IMG/VR virus record: IMGVR_UViG_2645727901_000008
Direction: 5' to 3' (one strand)
From: a virus
Taxonomy: Duplodnaviria > Heunggongvirae > Uroviricota > Caudoviricetes
Length of the DNA stretch: 64,000 nucleotides
The notes under the pieces were generated by a model that made no database searches, had not been told where the DNA came from, and saw only the letters and a list, made by a program, of their open reading frames with translations. Made by a program: the position numbers and the translations under genes. The number at the start of each line of letters is the position of its first letter. Within the stretch, counting starts at the first letter, position 1. Of this stretch, positions 36,340 through 44,054 are shown one piece after another.

Positions 36340-36732
36340 CTACCAGCGAGACAAACGAACAACATGTTTCACTTTTGCGATCCACTTTCCGCGATAACTA
36401 TTGATTACGGCCTGTGCCAGCTTCAAATTGGCTTCAAAATCAGCCTTACTACCATCAGACTCCACCAGCATTCCTCCATCTATTTCTGGTAAACATAGAT
36501 AATCCTGCTCAACCTGCAGCGGCATTGATGGCTCTCTGAATGGCGTTACTTGCTCTGCTTTCCAGCGAAATCTAACCCTCATCCCCCTGGTGGTCATTAC
36601 TAGATAGCCTGTTATAGTGCTTTTATGGCCCACATCAGTACGCGTGGCATTGCATGACACGATCTTACAGTTAGCGATAGACCACTCCATATTGGTGGCC
36701 TGTTGAGTGCTTAATTTGGTAGTCCCGTACAT
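36340..36732 (-). CDS. hypothetical protein
   Basis: 130 aa. ATGA coupling. Confidence 0.4.
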   Translation of the reverse strand: MYGTTKLSTQQATNMEWSIANCKIVSCNATRTDVGHKSTITGYLVMTTRGMRVRFRWKAEQVTPFREPSMPLQVEQDYLCLPEIDGGMLVESDGSKADFEANLKLAQAVINSYRGKWIAKVKHVVRLSRW

Positions 36733-37307
36733 CAGAAAGCCTCCCAGTCAGTCGCGATAATATCCACACCAGTTGCAAACCAGTCTGTCTGCGCCTGTAA
36801 ATCACCATTCATCATTACCAGGCGAGGCATCACCATCACATCGCACCCTTCCACAATATCGAATGCCTCTTCCGGCAAGAATTCGAAGAGCTTTTCTTTG
36901 CTGCCAATGCTGCCACGGAACATCGATATATAGCTCCCTTTAGGCCATGATGTCCGCCGGGCATCAAGCCCTTTCATCATCCAGTAAAAAGCCGAGGAAA
37001 AAGGGATATTCTTTTTGCCAATGATTACATTATTCGCTTCTGTGTACTTCAGGAACTTAACTAACCTTACCATTGACTCGGATAACGCAACGTATGGCTC
37101 ATGATTGATTGCTGACACGCTTACACCGTGCAATCCAACGCTTACCACTGTCATATCGCCGCTTTGTGCGGTTTCGATATTGACGCCTTTGCGAACTAAT
37201 GAGGCGTAAAGTTCCTCTCGCTTTTGGGTCCAGCGTTCACGCTTCCCTATGAAGTCACTCAAAATGAGATCTTCTTCTGCATATGCGTTATCGTTCGCCA
37301 TTAACAT
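36732..37307 (-). CDS. hypothetical protein
   Basis: AGGAG RBS 6 nt from ATG 37307. Confidence 0.45.
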   Translation of the reverse strand: MLMANDNAYAEEDLILSDFIGKRERWTQKREELYASLVRKGVNIETAQSGDMTVVSVGLHGVSVSAINHEPYVALSESMVRLVKFLKYTEANNVIIGKKNIPFSSAFYWMMKGLDARRTSWPKGSYISMFRGSIGSKEKLFEFLPEEAFDIVEGCDVMVMPRLVMMNGDLQAQTDWFATGVDIIATDWEAF

Positions 37308-37762
37308 AACGTCTCCTTTTTTACACGCGCGACTATCCCCCGGAAGTACCGGTAGTGATGTCGTAACTTCGTATTAATTAAGGGGTACAGCCTGAGCGGC
37401 TATATGATGAATTGAAAGGAGTTGTGGCGGTGGTGCCTCCACCTGCCAGGTTAGCCACTCCCGGCGACGTCACTTATCAGAACGTAGTGAATGAAAATGG
37501 CTTCGTCACGAGCGCATAGCCGCAATTACCACAACGGAAACGGCGCTCACGCTAATTAAACGCCTTTTCCTGTTGTGCGCCGTACTCTTCCGGCTGTCAC
37601 ACCGAATCGCCAGGATGGTGAGTCCTCGGTCCGACGATATGAACGGGGCTTGCACATTCCGGCTACCTGGTTTGTTGCCTGAGCTAGGGGAAAAGGTAAC
37701 CCCTTTAACGTCACCAGACCGCTAACGACGCATGTGCCATACGCCGTGTTACAACCAAATAT

Positions 37763-37838
37763 GGTGGCCCCTACCGGACTTGAACCGGTGACCGTGCGAT
37801 TATGAGTCGCCAGCTCTAACCACTGAGCTAAAGGGCCA
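37763..37838 (-). tRNA. tRNA with anticodon CAT, ileX-like (probable tRNA-Ile2 lysidine type, alternatively Met)
   Basis: GGCCCTTTAGCTCAGTGGTTAGAGCTGGCGACTCATAATCGCACGGTCACCGGTTCAAGTCCGGTAGGGGCCACCA. Cloverleaf with a 7-bp acceptor stem. Very similar to E. coli ileX. Confidence 0.8.
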
Positions 37839-37847
37839 ATTAGTGTT

Positions 37848-37961
37848 TTATTTTCGACGCCTGAGATTCTTCGCGACTTGTTCTACGCCGTATACGATCA
37901 CAAGTAGAAACAGCAAAAACCATCCAGGGTTCTTATCGATATACGTCCAAAAATCCATCAT
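37848..37961 (-). CDS. small membrane protein (37 aa), third gene of the TerB-like operon
   Basis: MMDFWTYIDKNPGWFLLFLLVIVYGVEQ... ATGA coupling with the upstream small gene. Confidence 0.35.
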   Translation of the reverse strand: MMDFWTYIDKNPGWFLLFLLVIVYGVEQVAKNLRRRK

Positions 37962-38122
37962 GAGTTCCTGAACGCACCTTCAATAATCGGCAATAGCAAT
38001 ACCACAGCTACTGAAACTAATGCCCCATCAGCCAACACCGACATCACTTTGCTGGTGAAATCCACCAGTACGGACAAAACGAGAAAGCCAATGGCGCCCG
38101 CAATACGCGCCTTGCCAATCAT
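37959..38122 (-). CDS. small membrane protein (54 aa) coupled to the TerB-like gene
   Basis: MIGKARIAGAIGFLVLSVLVDF... TAATG overlap with the TerB-like stop. Confidence 0.4.
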
Positions 38123-38556
38123 TACAGATAATCTTCCACACGAAGGCCAAGACGGCGACCAACCTCTTCCAGAACCTTATGCTCCGCAGGTTCGATTTCA
38201 CCATCTGCTTCAGCGATCGTGAGCATGTTCACGAAGACTTCTTCCGCTTCTTTGGGATCGTTTTTGATATCTTCAATTTCGCGGAGGATATTCATGCGAC
38301 CAACACGGAAACCAGCTTCCAGTTGCTCAGTAAAACGGGTGATTGTTGCGGTAATTTCGTTGCCAAAATGACTTAAGCGAGGATTAGAGCGGACAAGCTG
38401 ATCAAGTTTCGCTGTTTCTTCCTTTTCGATTTCACCATCTGCGGCAGACACCAGCAAACAGCCACCGATGATGGCCTCCATCAGATCGCGATTCTCAACC
38501 CTTTTCAGCTCTACTTTTGCTGAAGCGACTTTCTTACCGAAAAATTTACCGAACAT
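38122..38556 (-). CDS. TerB-like tellurite-resistance-family protein (TciA-like)
   Basis: Two TerB-type repeats (AADGEIEKEE... and EADGEIEPAEHKVLEEV). GAGGGA RBS supports the MFGKFFGKK start at 38556. Confidence 0.65.
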   Translation of the reverse strand: MFGKFFGKKVASAKVELKRVENRDLMEAIIGGCLLVSAADGEIEKEETAKLDQLVRSNPRLSHFGNEITATITRFTEQLEAGFRVGRMNILREIEDIKNDPKEAEEVFVNMLTIAEADGEIEPAEHKVLEEVGRRLGLRVEDYL

Positions 38557-38823
38557 TGGTTTTCCCTCAATAAACATGACGTATTTATTAGGTTGCGGTG
38601 CCTGGTGCCTCCAGGTGACGTTAACCAGTTAACAATTAACGCCGGGATTTTTGTCTTCACAATTAAGGAGGATTGTTTTAACTGTTCCGCGTGCGCTTAG
38701 CCGCATTCACCGCAATGGTAAGAGCACTTGGCTGGCTGGGCGGCGATGACGCCTGTACGCATTTGGTGAACCGGTTCTGCTTCCGGCATTCGCTTAATTA
38801 GCCAAATACTCTTAACGTTGCAC

Positions 38824-38910
38824 TGGCGGAGAGTAATGGAATCGAACCATCATCGCTTGCGCAATGGGACGGTTTTCAAGACCGCTTGAGCACCATGCTC
38901 CCTACTCTCC
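38824..38910 (-). tRNA. tRNA-Ser (anticodon TGA), type II with long variable arm
   Basis: GGAGAGT...CGGTCTTGAAAACCG anticodon arm. Variable-arm stem CATTGC/GCGATG with GCAA loop. T-arm ATGGTTCGATTCCAT. 3' CCA encoded. 87 nt. Confidence 0.65.
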
Positions 38911-39282
38911 CGTTATTGTGGCGACCGGTGCTGATCTCCGGCTTGCGGTTATTTCAGACTCTCACGGGCGTTTAATTGCCCCGCCGAACAGCTCTTTTCC
39001 GCAATAGCTGCAATGTCTTTCGCGCATCAGCCTGCGCATTCACCACAATGTTGAGAACACTGGTTGTCACGCTGCAACGCAACATTTATTCGTAGATTGG
39101 GATATGACCCCGTTACGCCAGTGTTCTCAACGTTGTAGTGCCGGTTACGGTTCCGGCCAGGCCTCTTCCTCAACGGGTTGTTCTCCATACGGACTACCGT
39201 TTATTGGTCGTTCCTGCGGTTTATGTTGTGAAGCCAGATGCTTATCTTCTGGTTGCTTCAAAGAGCTGCACTTCATCACAAC

Positions 39283-39360
39283 GGTAAGGGTACTTCGTAG
39301 GGATTCGAACCCTCTGCCAAGCACGGCGATCTCCGACGTCGCAAAATACCCTTACCTGTT
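39283..39360 (-). other. tRNA-like fragment (T-arm-like GGGTTCGAATCCC flanked by a 10-bp inverted repeat GGTAAGGGTA/TACCCTTACC); not foldable as a canonical tRNA
   Basis: Manual cloverleaf attempts fail: there are 6 extra nt between the T stem and the acceptor. Confidence 0.3.
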
Positions 39361-39364
39361 GCGT

Positions 39365-39440
39365 TGGTGCCGATTAACGGGATCGAACCGCTGACCATTC
39401 GCTTACAAAGCGACTGCTCTACCAACTGAGCTAAACCGGC
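39365..39440 (-). tRNA. tRNA-Thr (anticodon TGT)
   Basis: GCCGGTTTAGCTCAGTTGGTAGAGCAGTCGCTTTGTAAGCGAATGGTCAGCGGTTCGATCCCGTTAATCGGCACCA. Confidence 0.8.
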
Positions 39441-39444
39441 AATT

Positions 39445-39531
39445 TGGTGGGGAGTGATGGAGTCGAACCACCCGAGTCGCAATGACAGTAGATTTACAGT
39501 CTACCCCGCTACCCCTACGGACTAACTCCCC
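39445..39531 (-). tRNA. tRNA-Tyr (anticodon GTA), type II
   Basis: Anticodon arm GTAGACTGTAAATCTAC. Long variable arm. Acceptor GGGGAGT/ACTCCCC. CCA encoded. Confidence 0.75.
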
Positions 39532-39536
39532 TAAAG

Positions 39537-39613
39537 TGGCGATGGTGGGTGGATTCGAACCACCGACCGACAGCTTAGAAGGCTGCTGCTCTATCCTACT
39601 GAGCTACACCATC
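39537..39613 (-). tRNA. tRNA-Arg (anticodon TCT, reads the rare AGA codon)
   Basis: GATGGTGTAGCTCAGTAGGATAGAGCAGCAGCCTTCTAAGCTGTCGGTCGGTGGTTCGAATCCACCCACCATCGCCA. Confidence 0.8.
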
Positions 39614-39619
39614 ACTTGC

Positions 39620-40680
39620 CGGGTACGTCTCCGGCGAGGGCTTCCACCTCCGTATGCTTTTCGGCGCACCGCGCCCTGGCTGCAATTCAGTAACAGGGGA
39701 TGCATAACCCTGGCTTCCAGCGTGATTAGCGCCTTCAGCATGACGGGATATACCCGTAACCAACAAACTTTCCCATATACCATCAAACAATGGCTGTTAC
39801 GCGGGAGGGACGTAACAGGTAAGGGCGCTGACCAGAAAGACCTGACCCTTCTCATTCATCTGGTTAATCACACCAGCGCCCTTGCCTGTTATGTCTCCCC
39901 GTTCCCTAATACACAGACGGGGACACTCTGCGGTCGATTTTTTGACGGGGGACGACTCATACCCCGTGGCGTCTGGCTTCTTAGGCCGCTACCATCATCA
40001 GATCATCGTTTGCATTTACTTTAATGGTCGGTTTCTAAACCGCCGCAAAGCCGCTAACCATGACGAAAACCCTAAAAAAGCCCACCCGAAGATGGGCAAA
40101 TACGCTACATCTCACACAAGAAAGAAGCCGACTGCCTGAGCTGGATTCACTTTCAAATGCCCGCAGAAAGGGAACACAAGTCGGCTTCTTTCTTGATGCG
40201 GCACTCTCTCCGCCCGTCACCGTTCTGTCTCGGTTGTCGCGTTTGCCACGCCAGCCGTAACGAGGTTTAAAGTCTTTGCACGTTTCCATCACTCGACTGC
40301 CGTCTGTGGCTGTTCGTTGCAGCGGGGGTGCCTCCCCCTGGGGATATCCCCGGCCTTACCCCATTCTTTCAAGACACAATGCAAGGCCGCATCCGCATAG
40401 GTGCATTACCGCAACATTAAGGAGACTTAGGGCAAAAGGTAATCGCCACAAAAAAAATCCCTATGCCTCCTTAATGTTGAGGATGTGCATTGATGATGAT
40501 TCGATGCGGCGAGTCCCGTTACTCTCTGCCGGACCATCATCAATGAACATCTTAAAAAGACCTTCCGTGGCTCAACATGTCTTGTCGTTTACTCCGTAAA
40601 GTGCTCTCTCTGAAACCACTTTACGCACTAAACCTGCTGAACTTTGGCTTGCTCGGTGCCAAAGCGAGTCCCTGTATGTA
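39620..40680 (-). other. roughly 1-kb GC-rich noncoding region with multiple long inverted repeats (candidate structured RNA(s) co-transcribed with the tRNA array)
   Basis: No convincing ORF on either strand. Perfect 16-bp IR AAGAAAGAAGCCGACT (40118..40133) / AGTCGGCTTCTTTCTT (40179..40194). 12-bp IR AACATTAAGGAG / CTCCTTAATGTT (40412..40477). 23-bp imperfect IR GGACGTAACAGGTAAGGGCGCTG / CAGCGCCCTTGCCTGTTATGTCTCC. Confidence 0.35.
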
Positions 40681-40682
40681 TG

Positions 40683-40697
40683 TAATTTTCTAACACT
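40683..40697. promoter_or_regulatory. motif TAATTTTCTAACACT
   Basis: Motif family member. Confidence 0.4.
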
Positions 40698-40836
40698 TTA
40701 ATTTGTTATTTGCTGGTGGGCGAACAACAACCAATAAGTGACTATCAAGCCCAGCAAGCGAAATGTGGCAACGCTCCACCAGCAAGGAAAATTCTAAGTT
40801 AAGTTACTCTCACAATCAATACGTTCGTTTAGTGAA

Positions 40837-40852
40837 ATTAGATTTCTAACAT
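40837..40852. promoter_or_regulatory. motif ATTAGATTTCTAACAT just 3' of the 40854 gene
   Basis: Motif family member. Confidence 0.45.
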
Positions 40853-40853
40853 T

Positions 40854-42074
40854 TTATTTCCCATAAAGATCTTCTACGCCCCCATTCTTCTTGTCCCATT
40901 CGTTAGCCCACACCCGGCAGGCATCAATAATTTCTTGACGACGGTCGCCCTGCATAAAGGGGATGCTTTCATGAAAACTACTTGGGATACAGGCCACGCT
41001 GAATACGGTATCAAACGCAGTCTGTTTGATAGCTTCCAACGTCTCTGGGCGCATTTTCAATTCATCGATCGGCGCATCCTTAGAGTCCATAATCCGGCGA
41101 TGCAGGCGCGGGAAATCAGTCTCCAGGTACGCCATAATTTTATCTGCCAGGCATTCGTCTATATCGGTATTCCAGTCCGTTTCGAAGCCGGGCAGGCGAT
41201 AGTAAAGCGGCGTTCCCCATACTGATGGGATCACATCCATCGTCAGCAGGCGGTTGGTTCTAATTTGTTGATGGTAATTAGCCGTCAACAGAGCTTCACC
41301 ACGCTGACCAGTCTCCGCAACCAGACCATGCGGGTACTCATGGATATAGGCAATAGCATCCACCCCGTCATACATGAGCGGGAATGTCTCTGGCCTTTGT
41401 CCCATACCACAAGCGCGGTTCAGATCATGACCAAGCTGTGAGCACTCTCGTTTCAGCGTTTCAATAATGTTCTGCGCTGTTGCTAACTTTTTACGCAGTG
41501 TGACGCCTTCGCCTTGATACTTAATGCATTGCTGATTCAGCTCTGTTAAACGCTCTTTTAGTTCCCGACGCTCTCTTTTCAGCGCACGGTTATCCTTCTC
41601 CGCAACATCCAGTCGTTTTGACAGACTGGCTGGATAGTCTTTTTTGTAACGACTCAAATCGGCTTCTGCGGATTTGCGCAGTGTGTTTGCCTGTTCAAGA
41701 CGCGCTTCCAGATTACCGATCTCACTACGCATATTCGCGGCAAATTGATTAACAGCATTGCCAAGACTTTCAACTGTCGCTGATACGCCTGTGACTTGTG
41801 AAAAACGGATCAAGCCATCATTAACGGCTTGTTGATATCCCTCAAACTGATCCACCAGCTTGTTGTAATCAACCGTCCCTTCCTCAAGTAGCTGGTTGAT
41901 CTCCGCGACCAGGTTATCAGTAGTGGCAATGACGCTCTCATGTAACCGTCTGGACAGGTCATCCCCCGGATTCCGCTTTTGAATAAGGGCGATCTGTGTC
42001 CGCAGCGTTTCAATCGCGGCTGAGATGATTTCCAGATTAGAAGTATCAGTTTGTTGACTCATTGCAGTTCCCAT
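40854..42074 (-). CDS. hypothetical protein with an N-terminal long coiled coil plus a C-terminal globular domain
   Basis: ORF 40854..42146. First in-frame ATG at 42074 (MGTAMSQQ...). Confidence 0.45.
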   Translation of the reverse strand: MGTAMSQQTDTSNLEIISAAIETLRTQIALIQKRNPGDDLSRRLHESVIATTDNLVAEINQLLEEGTVDYNKLVDQFEGYQQAVNDGLIRFSQVTGVSATVESLGNAVNQFAANMRSEIGNLEARLEQANTLRKSAEADLSRYKKDYPASLSKRLDVAEKDNRALKRERRELKERLTELNQQCIKYQGEGVTLRKKLATAQNIIETLKRECSQLGHDLNRACGMGQRPETFPLMYDGVDAIAYIHEYPHGLVAETGQRGEALLTANYHQQIRTNRLLTMDVIPSVWGTPLYYRLPGFETDWNTDIDECLADKIMAYLETDFPRLHRRIMDSKDAPIDELKMRPETLEAIKQTAFDTVFSVACIPSSFHESIPFMQGDRRQEIIDACRVWANEWDKKNGGVEDLYGK

Positions 42075-42087
42075 TGTTTTTTGCAAG

Positions 42088-42103
42088 ATTAGTTTTCTAA
42101 CAT
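42088..42103. promoter_or_regulatory. motif ATTAGTTTTCTAACAT about 14 nt upstream of the 42074 start codon
   Basis: Motif family member. Confidence 0.45.
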
Positions 42104-42177
42104 ATTTTATTAGTATGAGAACAAGAGCGAAAGATGTGATAAACAAAAAACCCGCTAATCGGCGGGTTTTTGAGCGG

Positions 42178-42492
42178 TTATTGTGTCATTGCCTGGTAGA
42201 TAAAATACACGATGCATACCGGTACGATAGCCCATTGCAGCAATGAAAGCAGCCTCATGGCTGTCATGGGAGTAACTCCATCTACGTATTCCTTCTCTGA
42301 CATTTTCCCTAACCAACTAACCGACAAAAGGGTCGAGTTCTCCCCCATTTCCAGCTCCCTGAGGGCTTCCCGGATTAAAGGCGCTGTTACCACCTTGCGG
42401 GCAGTGTTGAGCGTAATGCTCCGCGTCCTCCCGGCGTCATCGGCAAACGCCAGGTTCACATGATATTTTTTGCTCAATGTACAAACTCCCAA
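42178..42492 (-). CDS. hypothetical protein with a C-terminal TM helix
   Basis: Non-ATG start in the ORF track. Low confidence. Confidence 0.3.
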   Translation of the reverse strand: MGVCTLSKKYHVNLAFADDAGRTRSITLNTARKVVTAPLIREALRELEMGENSTLLSVSWLGKMSEKEYVDGVTPMTAMRLLSLLQWAIVPVCIVYFIYQAMTQ

Positions 42493-42674
42493 TCATTGGC
42501 TTTCGCGCTTTCCGGGGTAATGCATACCTTGTCGCCGGTAACTATGTTTCGGGCTTCTAATGCCCCATCATCCATCTTTTTAAGCTCTATACAGAAAGAA
42601 TGAGGCCATGAGCAGCGACGAGCAACAACGTTAGCACCAGCAGGGATAAGTTCAGCCACGTTAAGTAAACGCAA
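42474..42674 (-). CDS. hypothetical small protein
   Basis: 66-aa ORF. Start uncertain. Confidence 0.25.
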   Translation of the reverse strand: MRLLNVAELIPAGANVVARRCSWPHSFCIELKKMDDGALEARNIVTGDKVCITPESAKANDWEFVH

Positions 42675-42688
42675 AACGATTTCTCCGT

Positions 42689-43132
42689 TTAATCAAGACA
42701 AACATATTCCGTGATAGCTTTTATGGCTTCATCGGCACTGCGCGCCTCAAAGCAGTAATAGCCTGCTTCCGTGAGGCGAGTCATCCAGACGAGCTGTTCG
42801 GGAGTCAGACGGTTTCTCCCGTGCTTCATCTCAATGCGCATTCCGTGATACCCACCACGAGCAAGGTCAATAGAAAGGTCCGGATAGCCCTTCTTCTGAC
42901 CTTCTGCCACCATCTTAATGGCTGTCCTTTTGCCTCTCAGGCCGCCGTTCGGTGTTGAGTGTGTGTGCTCATACACGTATCGCATGTTGCGATACAGCCA
43001 ATCCAGAACGCGAACCTGTTCGTAATGTTCGTAATTCCGTTTTAATAAGTCAGGATTTCTTTCTAACTCTCTCAGTGCAGCAGCGTGCGGGGATATTTCA
43101 GAATACGCACTATGATGCCTGCGTCTTCGCAT
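42689..43132 (-). CDS. VRR-NUC domain nuclease (PD-(D/E)xK superfamily)
   Basis: C-terminal region GYPDLSIDLARGGYHGMRIEMKHG...EQLVWMTRL is the VRR-NUC signature. Confidence 0.55.
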   Translation of the reverse strand: MRRRRHHSAYSEISPHAAALRELERNPDLLKRNYEHYEQVRVLDWLYRNMRYVYEHTHSTPNGGLRGKRTAIKMVAEGQKKGYPDLSIDLARGGYHGMRIEMKHGRNRLTPEQLVWMTRLTEAGYYCFEARSADEAIKAITEYVCLD

Positions 43133-43147
43133 CAAATTTCTAACACA
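43133..43147. promoter_or_regulatory. motif TCAAATTTCTAACAC abutting the VRR-NUC gene start
   Basis: Motif family member. Confidence 0.4.
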
Positions 43148-43320
43148 AACTTACTGAATTCATGAACACGATAATAACAAGAGCGTTAGTTTTATCAAAC
43201 CGAGGGGAATACTACTGAAGAGATAGGCGGATGCAACAGGTCGGACTTGTTTTTAGAGTAAATGGTGATGCGGGTCAACAAGCCGGGTAAATTGTATGTC
43301 ATTTACCCAACTTGTTATTT

Positions 43321-43581
43321 TTAATGGTTTATTTTATCAGGTTCGTTAATTTCCGTAACCGCCTTGTCGATAGCAATCATCCATCCTTCATAGGATAAAT
43401 CATCAACAAGTCCCACCAGCTTATCGTCAGTGTGCGGAAAATAAATCCATCCCCATTTCGAAGGGTTTCCTATATGCCGCAGGGTAAATACCCGCTTATA
43501 ACGGTGGTATTCAAGGGCGTATCCCTTCCCTTGTGAGTACGCTTTTAAGTCGTCGATCGTAAACCTACGATTCTTCCGCAT
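43321..43581 (-). CDS. hypothetical protein
   Basis: 86 aa. Confidence 0.4.
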   Translation of the reverse strand: MRKNRRFTIDDLKAYSQGKGYALEYHRYKRVFTLRHIGNPSKWGWIYFPHTDDKLVGLVDDLSYEGWMIAIDKAVTEINEPDKINH

Positions 43582-43583
43582 GG

Positions 43584-44018
43584 CTACCCCACGATTCGAT
43601 ATTTCTCTATAGACTCGTCGTAACTTGTGTATACGTATGGCTCTGTATCATCAGCATAAGGCGCGACTTCCAGAGCATGAACGGGATTGTATACCGCGTC
43701 ATTTTCCAGGCGATCGCTCGAATACAGATGCCCGGCTAAAACCGTAAGCGCCGGGCGACTCATTTTGTAGATTTCTGCCACATCACTATCTACAACTTGT
43801 CCAAATGATATGTCGCCACGCTCCAGCAATAACGTTTTAAGCGCAGGCCACCACGGCCCATAAAGATGATAAAGCTGTGGATCTCTTTTCAGCCTTTCCG
43901 CCATGCCATCCAGATATGCATCCAGAAACGCCTCTTCACTCCTGCCATTGAGCGCCTGCGGCAAAATGTCCTCAAGGTAGGATTCCGTCGGTTTTACAGT
44001 GTCAATTAATGTCGTCAT
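43584..44018 (-). CDS. hypothetical protein
   Basis: 144 aa. Immediately downstream of the darB-like gene. Confidence 0.4.
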   Translation of the reverse strand: MTTLIDTVKPTESYLEDILPQALNGRSEEAFLDAYLDGMAERLKRDPQLYHLYGPWWPALKTLLLERGDISFGQVVDSDVAEIYKMSRPALTVLAGHLYSSDRLENDAVYNPVHALEVAPYADDTEPYVYTSYDESIEKYRIVG

Positions 44019-44054
44019 TCAAATTCGGCCCCGGTTGGGGCCGCTCCTTATCTG

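Noticed and set aside
39283-39360. Possible sixth tRNA gene (contains GGGTTCGAATCCC)
   Set aside because: It cannot be folded into a canonical cloverleaf. There are 6 extra nt between the T-stem and the acceptor 3' strand, and no matching D or anticodon arms. It is kept only as a tRNA-like fragment.
39482-40024. 180-aa ORF on the plus strand in the ORF track
   Set aside because: It overlaps four tRNA genes on the opposite strand and the GC-rich structured region. It has no RBS and uses an alternative start. It is an artefact of the GC-rich sequence.
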